Notes: generated by a model from the letters alone, not told the origin. 64,000 nucleotides of DNA from an uncultured Gemmatimonadaceae bacterium (GCA_963716745.1 OY970320.1:2304001-2368000); one strand, 5' to 3'; positions 20,823 through 31,977 are shown, counted from the stretch's first letter. Translations and numbers: made by a program.

Positions 20823-21881
20823 ATGGGAGGAAAGATGCTGAAGCCTCAGGGACATTTCGACGAAGGGCCTGAGCCGAGCATGAGAAGATCCCACGACGAC
20901 CCGCGCCCGTGCACTCGTGCGCGCGAGACATTCGACTGCGATGATCCCGTTTGCCTCAGTGAGGCATTTCGCGGCGTACTCGACGAACTGCGCCGTTACG
21001 CGCGGATCCCTAGCGTCGCGATCCTCCTGCAAGGAGAATCCGGCACGGGCAAGACGATGCTCGCCGAATATGTCCATAAACACTCGCCGCGCGCCGCGAA
21101 GCCATTCGTCGTGGTCGATCTTGCCGCGATCCCCAATGCGCTGATCTCCTCAGAACTGCTCGGCCACGTGCGCGGCGCCTTCACGGGCGCCAGCGGGAAT
21201 CGCACGGGGCGATTCGCCGAAGCGAGCGGCGGCACACTCTTCTTCGACGAAGTGGGCAAAGCGAGCCTGGACGCGCAGAAGTATCTCCTGCGCGGCGTGG
21301 ACGAGCAGCGGATAACGCCGGTCGGATCGAATCGCGAACTCAAAGTGGATGTGCGCTTCGTATCCGCGACTATAAACGCGTTGCCGGATCTCGTGAAACG
21401 CGGAGCGTTCCTGGCCGATCTCGTGCCGCGCCTCGCGCGTCACACGGTGGTGATTCCACCGCTTCGTCAGCACCGCCGCGACATTCCGCTGCTGGTCGAA
21501 CGGTTCATCGCCCGCCTCGCCGACGAGATCGAATACAAGGCGCTCCCATCGGTGGCACCCGATCTCATGGCGGCACTGGTGCGCGCACCGTGGCCCGACA
21601 ATGTCCGCGAGCTCGCGACAGCAGTGCAGGGCCTCATGATCGAGGGCTATCCTTCGCCCGTGTTGGAGTTGAAGCATCTCCCTCGCGAGTTCAAGCATTT
21701 GTGCGCGAGAGTGAACGGGCGGTGCCCGACGCTGGAAGAGCTCCAGTCTGCCACGAGCGAGACTAAGACCAAGGCCGAAGCCGCCGCACTTCTCGGAAAG
21801 AGCCGTGCAACGCTCTATCGCTGGAAGAAGAAGCTCGAACAAGACCAAGTGCAGGATCGGACCGAGCCTCGCGCCGGCTGA
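20823..21881 (+). CDS. sigma-54-dependent enhancer-binding protein (AAA+ and HTH, no receiver domain)
   Basis: GESGTGKT, SELLGHVRGAFTGA, GGTLFFDEV, WPDNVREL, HTH AAALLGKSRATLYR. Confidence 0.9.
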   Translation: MGGKMLKPQGHFDEGPEPSMRRSHDDPRPCTRARETFDCDDPVCLSEAFRGVLDELRRYARIPSVAILLQGESGTGKTMLAEYVHKHSPRAAKPFVVVDLAAIPNALISSELLGHVRGAFTGASGNRTGRFAEASGGTLFFDEVGKASLDAQKYLLRGVDEQRITPVGSNRELKVDVRFVSATINALPDLVKRGAFLADLVPRLARHTVVIPPLRQHRRDIPLLVERFIARLADEIEYKALPSVAPDLMAALVRAPWPDNVRELATAVQGLMIEGYPSPVLELKHLPREFKHLCARVNGRCPTLEELQSATSETKTKAEAAALLGKSRATLYRWKKKLEQDQVQDRTEPRAG

Positions 21882-21889
21882 AGAAGTCT

Positions 21890-21932
21890 TCGCGCGCGCC
21901 GAGACAGTGTGAGACGTCTCGGCGAGGCGCGA
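21890..21932. promoter_or_regulatory. palindrome, candidate upstream activator sequence for the gsp operon
   Basis: CGCCGAGAC-N10-GTCTCGGCG inverted repeat about 80 bp upstream of a -24/-12 motif; could alternatively be a terminator. Confidence 0.45.
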
Positions 21933-22005
21933 TCTCCGCACACCGGCGCCGGTAGGAATGCCTAAAGCGTAGTCGTCGAGCGCGTTACGCGACGCGCGCT
22001 ACTCC

Positions 22006-22021
22006 TGGCCCGAGTCATGCA
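22006..22021 (+). promoter_or_regulatory. sigma-54 (-24/-12) promoter upstream of gspE
   Basis: TGGCCCGAGTCATGCA = TGGC...TGC with GG-N10-GC spacing. Confidence 0.7.
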
Positions 22022-22033
22022 ATAGCTCCGTGC

Positions 22034-23509
22034 ATGACCGCGCCGCACGCTCCCGCGTTCGCACTCGCCGAAGGCATCTCGCGCGAGTATCTCCTCCACC
22101 ATCGCGTGTGTCCTCGCGCCATCGGCGAGAGCGGCGCGGTGATCGTGAGCGTCGCGCCCGGCGCACGCCTTGATGCGCTCGACGACATCGCGCTCGCCTA
22201 CCGCCGCACGGTGACGACAGAGGATGCGACGGCCGACGAGATCGACCGCCTCATCGAGCGCCTCACCAATCGCGCCGAGCGCGAGATCGAGCTCGCGCGC
22301 GCCGACGCCGGCGGCGACGAGGATCTCTCGACCGATGTGCGCGATCTCGCGAATCAGCCGCCGGTGGTGCGCTATGTGAATCTGCTCGTGCGCGATGCGT
22401 ACGACGCGGGCGCGAGCGATATCCATCTCGAGGCGACGCGCTCCGGCCTCGCGGCGCGGTTCCGGCTGGACGGCGTTCTTTCCGCCGCGCCCGAACCGCC
22501 GCGCGAGATGCATCATGCCGTTGTCTCGCGCATCAAGCTCCTCGCTGAGATCGACATCGCGGAGCGGCGCCGTCCGCAGGACGGCCGCATTCGCGTGCGC
22601 ATGGAGGAGCGCGAGCTGGACCTTCGCGTCTCCACCGTGCCCACGATGTACGGCGAGAGCGTCGTGCTCCGTTTGCTCGACCGCGGCGGGCGCCCGGTGG
22701 GGCTCGCGGAACTCGGGATGGATCCCGCGACGCTCGAGAGCATGACCACGCTCGCGAACAAGCCGCACGGCATGCTGCTCGTGACCGGCCCGACGGGTTC
22801 CGGTAAGACCACGACGCTCTACGCCGCGCTCATGCGCCGGCTCACGCACGCCGAGAAGATCATAACTGTCGAGGACCCGATCGAGTATCAACTCGACGGT
22901 GTGACGCAGGTGCCCGTGCACCGCCAAGCCGGCGTCACCTTCGGCTCCGCACTGCGCTCGATCCTGCGCCAGGATCCCGACGTCATCATGGTAGGCGAGA
23001 TGCGCGATCCTGAGACGGCGGAGATCGCGATCCAGGCGGCGATGACGGGGCATCTCGTCTTCTCCACGCTGCATACGAACAATGCGATCGCCACGATCCC
23101 GCGATTGCTCGACCTTGGCGTGCCCGACTATCTCGTTGGCGCGACACTCGAGGCCGTGCTCGCTCAGCGGCTCGTGCGGCGCATCTGCGAGGCGTGCCGC
23201 GTGGACTATCGGCCCAGCCCCGAGAGCGTGTCGCAGATCTCCGGGCGTCCGGTGGGAAAGGTGAAATTGACGAAAGGCGCTGGCTGCGCGCGCTGCGGCA
23301 ACACCGGCTTCCGAGGGCGCGTCGGCCTGTTCGAACTGCTGGTGCTCGACGATCAGCTCAAGGACGCGATCGTGCGCGGCGTCACGCGCATCGAATTGCG
23401 CACAATGGCTGAAGAGCACGGCATGCGGCCGCTTCGCGTGGATGGCTGGAGCAAGGTCGAAGCGGGGCTCACTACGGTAGAGGAGGTGCTGCGTGTCGTT
23501 CAACAATGA
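22034..23509 (+). CDS. gspE: type II secretion ATPase
   Basis: ASDIHLE, RRPQDGRI, GPTGSGKTTT, TVEDPIEY, RQDPDVIMVGEMRD, TGHLVFSTLHTN, zinc-binding Cys pairs. Confidence 0.92.
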   Translation: MTAPHAPAFALAEGISREYLLHHRVCPRAIGESGAVIVSVAPGARLDALDDIALAYRRTVTTEDATADEIDRLIERLTNRAEREIELARADAGGDEDLSTDVRDLANQPPVVRYVNLLVRDAYDAGASDIHLEATRSGLAARFRLDGVLSAAPEPPREMHHAVVSRIKLLAEIDIAERRRPQDGRIRVRMEERELDLRVSTVPTMYGESVVLRLLDRGGRPVGLAELGMDPATLESMTTLANKPHGMLLVTGPTGSGKTTTLYAALMRRLTHAEKIITVEDPIEYQLDGVTQVPVHRQAGVTFGSALRSILRQDPDVIMVGEMRDPETAEIAIQAAMTGHLVFSTLHTNNAIATIPRLLDLGVPDYLVGATLEAVLAQRLVRRICEACRVDYRPSPESVSQISGRPVGKVKLTKGAGCARCGNTGFRGRVGLFELLVLDDQLKDAIVRGVTRIELRTMAEEHGMRPLRVDGWSKVEAGLTTVEEVLRVVQQ

Positions 23510-23960
23510 CGGCGGGCGGCGCCCGCGCCGCGGGGGCTTCACGCTCATCGAGCTGCTCGTGGTGATCGCGATCATCGCGACGCTCGCGGCCGTGGTCGCG
23601 CCGCAGATCTTCCGGAACGTGGGCGACGCTAAGGCGAGTGCGGCCAAGAGTCAGATCGAGATCTTCGCGCTCGCGCTCGATTCATACCGGCTCGACAACG
23701 ACAATTATCCCACGTCGGACCAGGGGTTGGGCGCATTGCGCACGGCGCCGACAACAGGCGAACTGCCGCGGAATTGGCGCGGACCGTACCTGCGGAAAAC
23801 AGTGCCGCTGGACCCATGGGGGCGGCCGTACGTGTTCGTGTCGCCCGGGCATGAGAACCCCGGATCGTACGATCTCTACTCGCTGGGCCGCGACGGCAAG
23901 GCGGGCGGCGAGGGCGAAGACGCCGACATCACTTCGTGGGGCGGCGCGGTGAAGCCATGA
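23493..23960 (+). CDS. gspG: major pseudopilin
   Basis: G|FTLIE prepilin site, YPT..QGL.AL, WRGPYL, DPWGRPY, SLGRDG..GGEGEDADI. Confidence 0.95.
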   Translation: MSFNNDGGRRPRRGGFTLIELLVVIAIIATLAAVVAPQIFRNVGDAKASAAKSQIEIFALALDSYRLDNDNYPTSDQGLGALRTAPTTGELPRNWRGPYLRKTVPLDPWGRPYVFVSPGHENPGSYDLYSLGRDGKAGGEGEDADITSWGGAVKP

Positions 23961-25159
23961 GCCCCGCGATCGCCGGCACCGCGTACAACTACCGCGCGGC
24001 GCGTCTCGACGGCGCGCTCGAGAGCGGCGTGCTCGACGCCGAGTCGCGCGCTGCGGCGTCGGCGGCGCTCACCGAACGCGGGCTCTTCCCGATCGAGATC
24101 TCCATCGCCCGCGAGCACGCGAGCGAACGCGTCGCGCTCCCGGTGGCGGATCTCGCCGTGGGACTGCGCGTGCTCGCGACGCTCATTGAGAGCGGTCTCT
24201 CCATGTCGCGCGTGCTCGCGACATTCGCCGAGCTGGCGCCGGCGTCGTGGGAGAAGCTCACGCCGTCGCTCGCCGAGGCGGTGCGGTCGGGCAGCAGTCT
24301 GGGCGCGGCGCTCGCCGCGGCGCCGGTGGAGATCCCGCCCGTGGTGGTGGGTATCATCCAAGCTGGCGAAGGTGGAAGCGGGATCGCCACGGCGGTTCGT
24401 CGCGCCGCCGAACTCACCGAGAGCACCGCCGCGCGGCGAGCGGCCATTCGCGCCGCGCTCGCGTATCCCGTGATCCTCGCGGTGGCCGGCACCGCATCGG
24501 TTGCGCTGCTCGTGGGCGTCGTGCTCCCGCGCTTCTCCGCGATCCTCGCCGATCTCGGACAAGCGCTCCCTCCAGCAACGCGGCTCGTGCTCTCGCTGTC
24601 TGAGTTCGTTCGCGCCGCGGCGTTCCCGGGACTCATTGCGCTCATCGCTGTCGCGCTCGCATGGCGTGCATGGGTGCGCACGGACGCCGGCGCGCGGCGA
24701 TGGAACGAGCTGCTTCTCGGAATTCCCCTGGTGGGCGCGATCCGGCTCTCCGCCGCGAGCGCCCGCGTTTGCGCCGCGCTCGCGTCGCTGCTCGAGAGTG
24801 GCGTGTCGGTGTCCGGTGCCATGCTGCATGCCGCGCGCGCTGCCGGCGATGCGGAGATCGCGGTGCGCGTTCGCGCGTCGCGCGAGTCCGTGGTCGCGGG
24901 GCAGGGCATGGCGCGCGCACTTGGCGCCACGACCGCCGTCACCGGCACCGCGGTGCGCCTCATCCGCGCGGGCGAAGAGACCGGCCAATTGCCCGCGATG
25001 CTCTGGCACGCCGCCAAACTCGAAGGCGAGTTGGCAGAGCGCCGGCTGCGCGACATCGTGCGCCTGCTCGAACCCGCGCTGATCGTGATCTTCGGCGGCA
25101 TGGTCGCACTTGTCGCGGCGGCCCTCCTGCAGGCGATCTACTCGGTGCGCGCCACATGA
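23957..25159 (+). CDS. gspF: type II secretion inner-membrane platform protein
   Basis: AALAYP, GEETGQL, LLEPALIVIFGGMV; two GspF repeats. Confidence 0.9.
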   Translation: MSPAIAGTAYNYRAARLDGALESGVLDAESRAAASAALTERGLFPIEISIAREHASERVALPVADLAVGLRVLATLIESGLSMSRVLATFAELAPASWEKLTPSLAEAVRSGSSLGAALAAAPVEIPPVVVGIIQAGEGGSGIATAVRRAAELTESTAARRAAIRAALAYPVILAVAGTASVALLVGVVLPRFSAILADLGQALPPATRLVLSLSEFVRAAAFPGLIALIAVALAWRAWVRTDAGARRWNELLLGIPLVGAIRLSAASARVCAALASLLESGVSVSGAMLHAARAAGDAEIAVRVRASRESVVAGQGMARALGATTAVTGTAVRLIRAGEETGQLPAMLWHAAKLEGELAERRLRDIVRLLEPALIVIFGGMVALVAAALLQAIYSVRAT

Positions 25160-25464
25160 TACCGCGCGCCGGAGTGACGCTCGTGGAACTCATCGTCGTG
25201 ATCGCGATGCTCGGCGTGATCGCCGGCGTCACCGGCGTCGCGTTCACGCGCGCGCGCCCGGTGAGGAGCATCGATGCGAACGCCGCGATAGTCGCGGCGG
25301 CGCGGGATTCAGCGCTCAGAACTGGGCGTGCGGTGACACTGCAGGTCTCGGCGCTCGGCGCCCGGCGTTCGGCGGAATTCACGGCGTATCCGGACGGTCG
25401 TGTGATCGCCGACTCATCGCTCGGCATCGACGAGCTTACCGGGAGGCCCGCCCATGCTCCATAA
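25156..25464 (+). CDS. minor pseudopilin (GspH-like)
   Basis: G|VTLVELIVVI prepilin motif. Confidence 0.8.
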   Translation: MIPRAGVTLVELIVVIAMLGVIAGVTGVAFTRARPVRSIDANAAIVAAARDSALRTGRAVTLQVSALGARRSAEFTAYPDGRVIADSSLGIDELTGRPAHAP

Positions 25465-25846
25465 CCGCCGACAGCCGACAGCCGACAGCCCGGTTCACCG
25501 CCGTTCGGGTGCGGTCTTACTGGAAGCCATGATCGCCCTCGTGATCCTCGCGAGCGCCGGCATCGTCGTGGTGTCCCTCGTCGCGGAATCGGCGCGCGCC
25601 GTGGAGCGCGTGCACGAATCCGAGAGCGAGATGCGCGCCGCGAACGCGTTCTTCAATGCCGTGGCGCTCTGGTCGCGCGACGGATCTCGACCGCCACCTG
25701 GGTGACCGGCACAGGGACACTGGATCATGCGCGTGGACCGCCCCGGCGCGACGCTGTATGTGGTGACGCTCAGCGACTCCATCACGCGCGCGACCGTGCT
25801 CAGCACATCGCTCTACCGGCCGGAGCTGCAGCATGCCGCGCCGTAG
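25454..25846 (+). CDS. minor pseudopilin (GspI-like), apparent frameshift near 25680
   Basis: G|AVLLEAMIAL prepilin motif; a continuation in another frame ends at TAG 25846, overlapping the next start. Confidence 0.7.
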
Positions 25847-26364
25847 CGGGTTCACGATCATCGAGGTCATGGTGGCGCTCGTGGTGAGCGGCATCGTGCT
25901 CGTGGGCGCGCGGTCGATCCTGGAGACCGTGGCCGATCGTGCGGGCAGCATCACGCGCGCGGCGAGCGTGGCGGACCGCGATGCGAACGGCGAGAGAATG
26001 CTCCGCGCCCTCGTGGACCGGCTGGAAGTGGGCACCGGCCCGGGCACCGAGTTCGGCGGGGATCCGACATCCACGGCGTTCGCATCGTGGTGCGAGGTAG
26101 CCGGCGGATGGCAGGAGCGGTGCACCGTGAACATCGAGCTGGTGCGCGACAGCTCGGCTGTCGATCTCGTGTCTGCGCACATCGCTCGGCGATCGCATCG
26201 TGCTGCGCCACGGGCTCAAGAACGGTGCGATCCGCTACCTGAGCACGCCGGACGGCGGAGGAACGTGGATCAGGGTATGGGGCGCCGGGATCACCGCGCC
26301 TGTGGCGATCGGCGTCTTCCTCGAACGCGACACGCTCTATCTGCGCGTGGGAGAGCGCGGATGA
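25833..26364 (+). CDS. minor pseudopilin (GspJ-like), apparent frameshift near 26180
   Basis: G|FTIIEVMVAL motif; the alternative frame ends LRVGERG at an ATGA overlap. Confidence 0.7.
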
Positions 26365-27267
26365 GCGCGCGCCCGCGTCGCGGCTTCGCACTGCTGGCGG
26401 TGCTCTGGGTGATCGCCGGCCTCGCCGCGCTCGCGCTTGGCGTGTCGCTCGCCGCGCGAGAGGCGGTGGCGTCCGCGCACAACCGGAACGATCTCGTGCG
26501 CGCGCAGTGGCGCGCGGAGGAATGTGTCGAGCAGGCGCGTGCGATCATCGCGGCCGCGATGGCCGGCGGTGAATGGCGGCGGCTGGACAAAGTCGTTGCC
26601 GCGGCCACGCATGCGCATTCGGATTGCGAAGTGATCATGCGCGCGGCCGGCACGCGCCTCGATGTGAACACGATCGATGCCGATGCGCTGGGCGTGTTGC
26701 TTGGCCGCCTGGGAGTTCCGGTTCACGAGCGCGATTCGCTCACCGATGCACTGCTCGATTGGCGCGATCGCGACGACGATCCGCGGCCCAACGGCGCCGA
26801 GAGAGGCTGGTACCTGTCGCGCGGCCTGCCGGTGCCCCGCAACGGTCCGCTCGCCGACGTGCGCGAGCTGAGGCGGGTCCGCGGATTCGACCGCGTGCAC
26901 GGCCTCGACAGCTTGCTCGGCACCGAGAACGAACGGATCGCGCTCGAGCATGCGCCGCTCGCGGTGTTGGCGGCGCTGCCGGGATTCTCGCCCGAAGCCG
27001 TGAGCCGTGTGGCTGAGCTTCGCGCGCGCGGCGAGAGCATCGGCGATCTCATCGTGTTCGCGGGTGGACTCTCACCGAATGCGAAGGATGCGTTGCTGGC
27101 GCGCTACTCCGACCTCGCCGCGCGTACCACTGTGGACCCCGATGCGTTCACCGCTGATCTCGATCGCCACCGTCGGCTCGCCGGCGGTGCGCGCGGCGAT
27201 CGAGATTCGCCTCGTTCGGTCCGGCGCGCGCGCCGCGATCGTTCGGCGGCGCACGTGGGTGCTATGA
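26361..27267 (+). CDS. gspK: minor pseudopilin GspK, apparent frameshift near 27150
   Basis: G|FALLAVLW (no Glu5), LLDWRDRDD..RPNGAE, NGPL..V.EL..VRG motifs. Confidence 0.8.
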
Positions 27268-28448
27268 GCGCGTCGATAGGTCTCGCAGTGGCGAGCGATG
27301 AGTTGCGCGCGGTGCTGGTGCGCGACGGCACTGTGCTGTGGGCCGGGCGCAGTGGCCGCACGGCCGACGCGCCGTTGCCGGATCAAGTCCGCGATCTGCT
27401 CGCGCAGGCGCCTGCCCGCCGCTGGATGCGTCCCCGCGTGACCGGCGCCGTGGGCGCGAGCGCATCGCAGGTGAAACGTATCGAAGGGCTACCGCCAGTG
27501 AGCGATGCGGCCGCGCTCGCGCTCATCGTGCGCGAGGGTGCGGGCCGGTTCTTCATGCGGAACGGCATCCCGCTCGAGACGAGCGGCGTTCGCCCGGTCG
27601 AAGCCGGCGCCGCGTGGGCAGCGGCGTTCGAGCGGCCGATCATCGCGCAGATCGAGGCCGGAAGCCGCGCGGCCGGTCTGCGCGTCCGCGCGATCGTGCC
27701 GGCCGTGGTCGCGCTCGCACGCGCCAACGCGGACGCGCACGCGCAATGGGACGACGGCGATTGCCGCATCGAATTCACCGTGAGTGCTGGCGAACTTCGA
27801 TCGGTTCGCCGGATCGTGGCCGGCAACGTGCCGGAGCTGCCGTCCGTTCCCGCCGCTCTCGCATCACTCGGCGACGATGGTTGGCGATTCGCCGATGCGT
27901 ACGGCGCATCGCTCGTGCCGGACTCCGAGCCGCTCGCTATCCGCCCGCGTGGCGCGATCCACGCCGAGATCTCGCGCAGGCGGCTCACTATCGCCGCGGC
28001 CGCATGTGTGCTCGCGGCGTTCCTCGCGGCGGCGGCGCCCGGCATCGGCGCGGCGATCGATCGTGCGCGCGCCGAACGCGAGTTCGCGCAGTTGAGCCCG
28101 CACGTTCGAGCCGCGGCCGTCAGCGCGGAAGAGCTTCACCGTATGACCCGCGCGCTCGCGGAGTCCAATGCGCTCGCGGCTTCGCGCCGCTCGCCTACCG
28201 CCTTGATCGCCGCACTCGCGCTCGCACTTGGCTCCGGGTCCGCGCTCGTGACCTTGCGCGCGGACAGCGCGGGCGGGATGCTCGTGCTGCTTGCACCGCA
28301 CGCGGCCCGCGCCATCGCCGCACTCGACAGCGTGCCCGGCCTGATCGCACCCGAGATCGTGGGCCCGGTCACGCGCGAGGTGATGGGCAAGAGCGAAGTG
28401 GAACGCGTCACCGTGCGGTTCCGGCTCGTGCCCGTGGCCGCCAAGTGA
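27264..28448 (+). CDS. GspL/PilM-PilN-like assembly protein
   Basis: position in the operon; cytoplasmic domain, one TM segment, periplasmic domain; ATGA/GTGA coupling with neighbours. Confidence 0.6.
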   Translation: MSASIGLAVASDELRAVLVRDGTVLWAGRSGRTADAPLPDQVRDLLAQAPARRWMRPRVTGAVGASASQVKRIEGLPPVSDAAALALIVREGAGRFFMRNGIPLETSGVRPVEAGAAWAAAFERPIIAQIEAGSRAAGLRVRAIVPAVVALARANADAHAQWDDGDCRIEFTVSAGELRSVRRIVAGNVPELPSVPAALASLGDDGWRFADAYGASLVPDSEPLAIRPRGAIHAEISRRRLTIAAAACVLAAFLAAAAPGIGAAIDRARAEREFAQLSPHVRAAAVSAEELHRMTRALAESNALAASRRSPTALIAALALALGSGSALVTLRADSAGGMLVLLAPHAARAIAALDSVPGLIAPEIVGPVTREVMGKSEVERVTVRFRLVPVAAK

Positions 28449-29038
28449 CGCGCCTCAAACTCGGCAAACGCGACGGCCGCGCCTTGCTGCGCGGCGCGGC
28501 GGCGATCGCGCTGGTGCTCGCGGCCACGCGCGGCATCCCCGCCTGGCTCGACTGGCAGCGCGAATCGCGCGGCGCCGACGAAGAGACGCGCAATGCGCTC
28601 GCGCGCGATCGTGCGCTCGTGATGAACGAAGCCGCCGTGCGCGAGAGCACCATCGCGCGCGGCCGACGGCTCATCGCGCTAGCGCCGTCCATCCTCAGCG
28701 GCGACTCGCCGGGGAACGCCGGCGCGACACTGGCGGGCGTGCTCTCCGGAGCGGCCGCGCTCTCCGGCGTCCGCCTGGGATCCGTGCAGCTCCGCGGCGA
28801 CTCATTGTCGCGCACGGCGTTCACTCGCATCGGCGCGCGCATGGACGCCACTGGCGACATCCGCGGCGTGATCGCGATGCTCTCGGCGATCGAGAGCGGC
28901 CCAACGCTGCTCTCCGTGCGGTCGCTGTCGATCTCGCAGCCCGATCTCACCGCCGGCGACGATCGGGTAGAGGCACTGCACGTGGAGCTCGAAGTGGAGG
29001 GCTTGATGCTCAACCCCGCGAAACGGAGCGCCCCATGA
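28445..29038 (+). CDS. GspM-like assembly protein
   Basis: N-terminal TM segment, coiled coil, GDIRG...L.AIE..P.LL.V..L.I pattern. Confidence 0.65.
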   Translation: MTRLKLGKRDGRALLRGAAAIALVLAATRGIPAWLDWQRESRGADEETRNALARDRALVMNEAAVRESTIARGRRLIALAPSILSGDSPGNAGATLAGVLSGAAALSGVRLGSVQLRGDSLSRTAFTRIGARMDATGDIRGVIAMLSAIESGPTLLSVRSLSISQPDLTAGDDRVEALHVELEVEGLMLNPAKRSAP

Positions 29039-29525
29039 ATGCGCGCCGGCTTGAGATCGCACTATGGTCGGCCACAGGGCTCCTGGTGATCGTCGCTGCG
29101 CTCCGCGCCGTCCCGCGACTCGCCGCCGCCGATCCGCGCGCCGACGATATGATCCTGCCCGCCCGGGCCAGTTGCTCAGCGCCCAGCGCCCAGCGCCGAG
29201 CGCCTTCAGTCCGCAGTCAACCACGATCCCTTCCGTCTCGAGCGACATCCATCGCCCATCGCGTACAAGCCTGAACTCGAGGGTGTCGCGGCGCCGCCAC
29301 CGCCGCCCGAAGCCACCGCGGCCGCAGCTCGTGCTCGCTGGAATACTCGGCGGCCCGCCGTGGGAGGCGCTGCTCGAGGGATTGCCCGACAAGACCGGCT
29401 CCGTGGTGGTCCACGCCGGCGATGTGTTCGGCGACTTGAAAGTGCGATCCGTGACTCGTGACAGCGTGATCATTCGCGGGGCCGATACCACGTGGCGCCT
29501 CGGCATCAAGGGGAGTTGGCAATGA
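29035..29525 (+). CDS. GspC/PilP-like accessory protein, apparent frameshift near 29170
   Basis: N-terminal TM segment, Pro-rich linker, LAGILGG...V.SVTRDSVII beta domain; directly upstream of the secretin. Confidence 0.5.
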
Positions 29526-30998
29526 GGAACTGTCGCAGAATGATGTTCGCCGTCGCCATGTCGTATCTCGTCGTGATCCCGGCGCGATCGGCCGCTCAAG
29601 CGGCGACGACAAATATCGACACTCACGGCGACAGTGTGAGCATTCGGTTCGTGGATACCGATCTGCGCGCGGCGGTGCAGTCGCTGTCGCGATATCTGGA
29701 TCGCCCCGTGGTTTTTGGCGCCGTGACCAACGCGCGCGTGACCATCGAGACCCCGGGCCCCGTGCCGAGGTGGCAGGTGCTGCAGGTGCTCAAGGGCGTG
29801 CTGTTGAGTCAGAACTTCGAGTTGGTTTCCGACTCAGGATTGTATCGCGTGCAACCACGCGCGCCTCCCGTGGCGGCGGACCCCACGCCGCACCCGGTTC
29901 ACGAGGGCGGCCCCATCGAGCTATTCACCATCCACCTGCGCCACGCGCGCGCGGCGGATGTGGCCGTCACCGTGAACGCGCTGTACGGGCGCGTCGCCGC
30001 GATCGGCGAGATCGGCGCGCCGCCGCAGATGCTGAATCAGCAACTCCGCGATGACCGCATTCCGCCGGGGCAGATCACGTCACCTGGAGCACCGCAGCCG
30101 ATCGTCGGGCGCGTAGCGGTACTCAGCGGCGAGATCACCATCGTGCCTGACGGGCGCAGCAACAGCCTGCTCATCCGCGCGACTCCCGAAGATTTCGAAC
30201 TGATTCAGGCGGCGGTGAAGGAGTTGGACATCCGCCCGCTGCAGGTGCTCATCGAGGTGCTGATCGCCGAAGTGCGCACCAACGGCAGCTTCTTCCTGGG
30301 CGTGGACGCGCAGGCCGGGCCGTTCACCACGAAGAACGGTGCGACCGTCACGACCACGCAGAACAGTAACTCGAGCGTGAACGACTTCGTGATGCAGGTG
30401 ATGCACCTGGGCGGGATCAATCTCAACGCGACCATCACCGCGGCGGCCGAGAAGGGTGACGTGCACATCCTGAGCCGCCCGGTGATCGTTGCCGCGAACA
30501 ACCAGCAGGCGCAGATCCTGGTGGGCAGTCAGCGGCCGTTCATCCAGGTGTCGCGGTCGCTGCCGACCGACGCGGCCACGCGAGATCAAGTGGTGCAGTA
30601 CAAGGACGTGGGCACGAGCCTGATCGTGCGTCCCACTATTAGTCCTGATGGGTATGTGGTGCTCGAAGTGACGCAGGAAGTGAACCTCGCGACGAGCGAG
30701 GTGGAGTTCAACGCGCCGGTGATCAGCACGCGGCAAGTGCAGACGCAGCTGCTTGATCAAGGATGGCCAGACCGTGGCGCTCGGCGGCCTGAGCGACCGG
30801 GAGAAGGACGCGACTCAGGGGGGCGTGCCGGTGCTGTCGAGCATCCCGTTCATCGGCGGACTGTTCGGGCACGTGAGCCGCACGAGCGAGCAGACCGAGC
30901 TGTTCCTGTTCCTGACGCCGCACGTGATCCGCACCGATCAGGAGGCGGACAGCATCAGCGCGCCGCTGCTGAAGAAGGCCGTGGAGGGCACGCCATGA
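29522..30998 (+). CDS. gspD: outer-membrane secretin, apparent frameshift near 30755
   Basis: signal peptide, LDIRPLQVLIEVLIAEV, QYKDVG, then IKDGQTVALGGL..GVPVLSSIPFIGGLF..TELFLFLTPHVI in ORF 30753-30998. Confidence 0.9.
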
Positions 30999-31973
30999 GC
31001 AATCCGGCGACGGCACTGTTGCTTGGCGATTCGCCCGCGATGAAGAATGCGCGCACCCTCATCGAGCGGTTCGGGCCCACGCGGCTGAACGTGCTGCTCG
31101 AGGGCCCGACGGGCTCGGGTAAAGAGCTGGCAGCGCAGGCATTGCACGTGGCGAGTGGGCGGGCGGGGAAGCTCGTGGCGTTCAATGTGTGCGCGATCCC
31201 GGACCGAGATGTTCGAGGACGCACTATTCGGCCACGTGCGGGGCGCGTTCAGTGGCGCGACCGCGGATCATCACGGTTATCTGAGCGAGGCCGATTGCGG
31301 CACGGTATTTCTGGATGAGGTGAGTACGCTGGCACCTCAGTCGCAGGTGAAGCTGTTGCGAGCGATCGAGACGAGAGAATTCCGTCCAGTGGGCGCGCGC
31401 GCGGACAAGAGCAGCGATTTCCGGTTGGTGAGCGCGACGAACATAGATCTCCGTACCGTCATTTCGAACGGCACGTTCCGGGAGGATCTGGCGCACAGGC
31501 TGGCTACCGCCGTGATTCGACTCCCTGCGCTTCGCGAGCGCATGCAGGACATGCCGGCGCTCGTCGCGGGAATACTCGGGCAGCTCGATCCATCGGGGGC
31601 GCTCACGTTCACCACCGCGGCGCTGCGGCCGCTGCTCTTGCACAGGTGGCCCGGTAACGTGCGCGAATTGCGCAGCGTGCTCGAACGTGCAGCGGCGCTC
31701 ACCGTGAGCCGGGTGATCGACCGCGAAGACACCGAGCGTGCGTTGCACAATGGCAGCGCGCACGGCGAGCCGGCGGCAATGCGCAGTGAGTTCACCCAAC
31801 GCCGGATCCTCGAAGTGCTCGACGAGACGGGCTGGAACATCGTCGCGGCCGCGCGCGTGCTCGGTGTGCACCGCGCGACCCTTTATCGCCGCATGCGACG
31901 GTTGGGGATGGTGGACACCGTCAAGGTCCTCAACTCGCCCGAGGCACCGCGGAGCGCGGAGTCGACCGCGTAG
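30995..31973 (+). CDS. second sigma-54-dependent enhancer-binding protein (no receiver domain), apparent frameshift near 31203
   Basis: GPTGSGKE, LFGHVRGAFSGA, GTVFLDEV, WPGNVREL, HTH AARVLGVHRATLYR. Confidence 0.88.
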
Positions 31974-31977
31974 TGAG

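Noticed and set aside
25833..28448. 871-aa pseudopilin-GspK-GspL fusion
   Set aside because: Internal starts with ATGA overlaps and proper C-termini in alternative frames show three genes joined by frameshifts.
29492..31318. Secretin fused to a sigma-54 activator
   Set aside because: The real secretin C-terminus is in ORF 30753-30998 and the activator has its own ATG at 30995.
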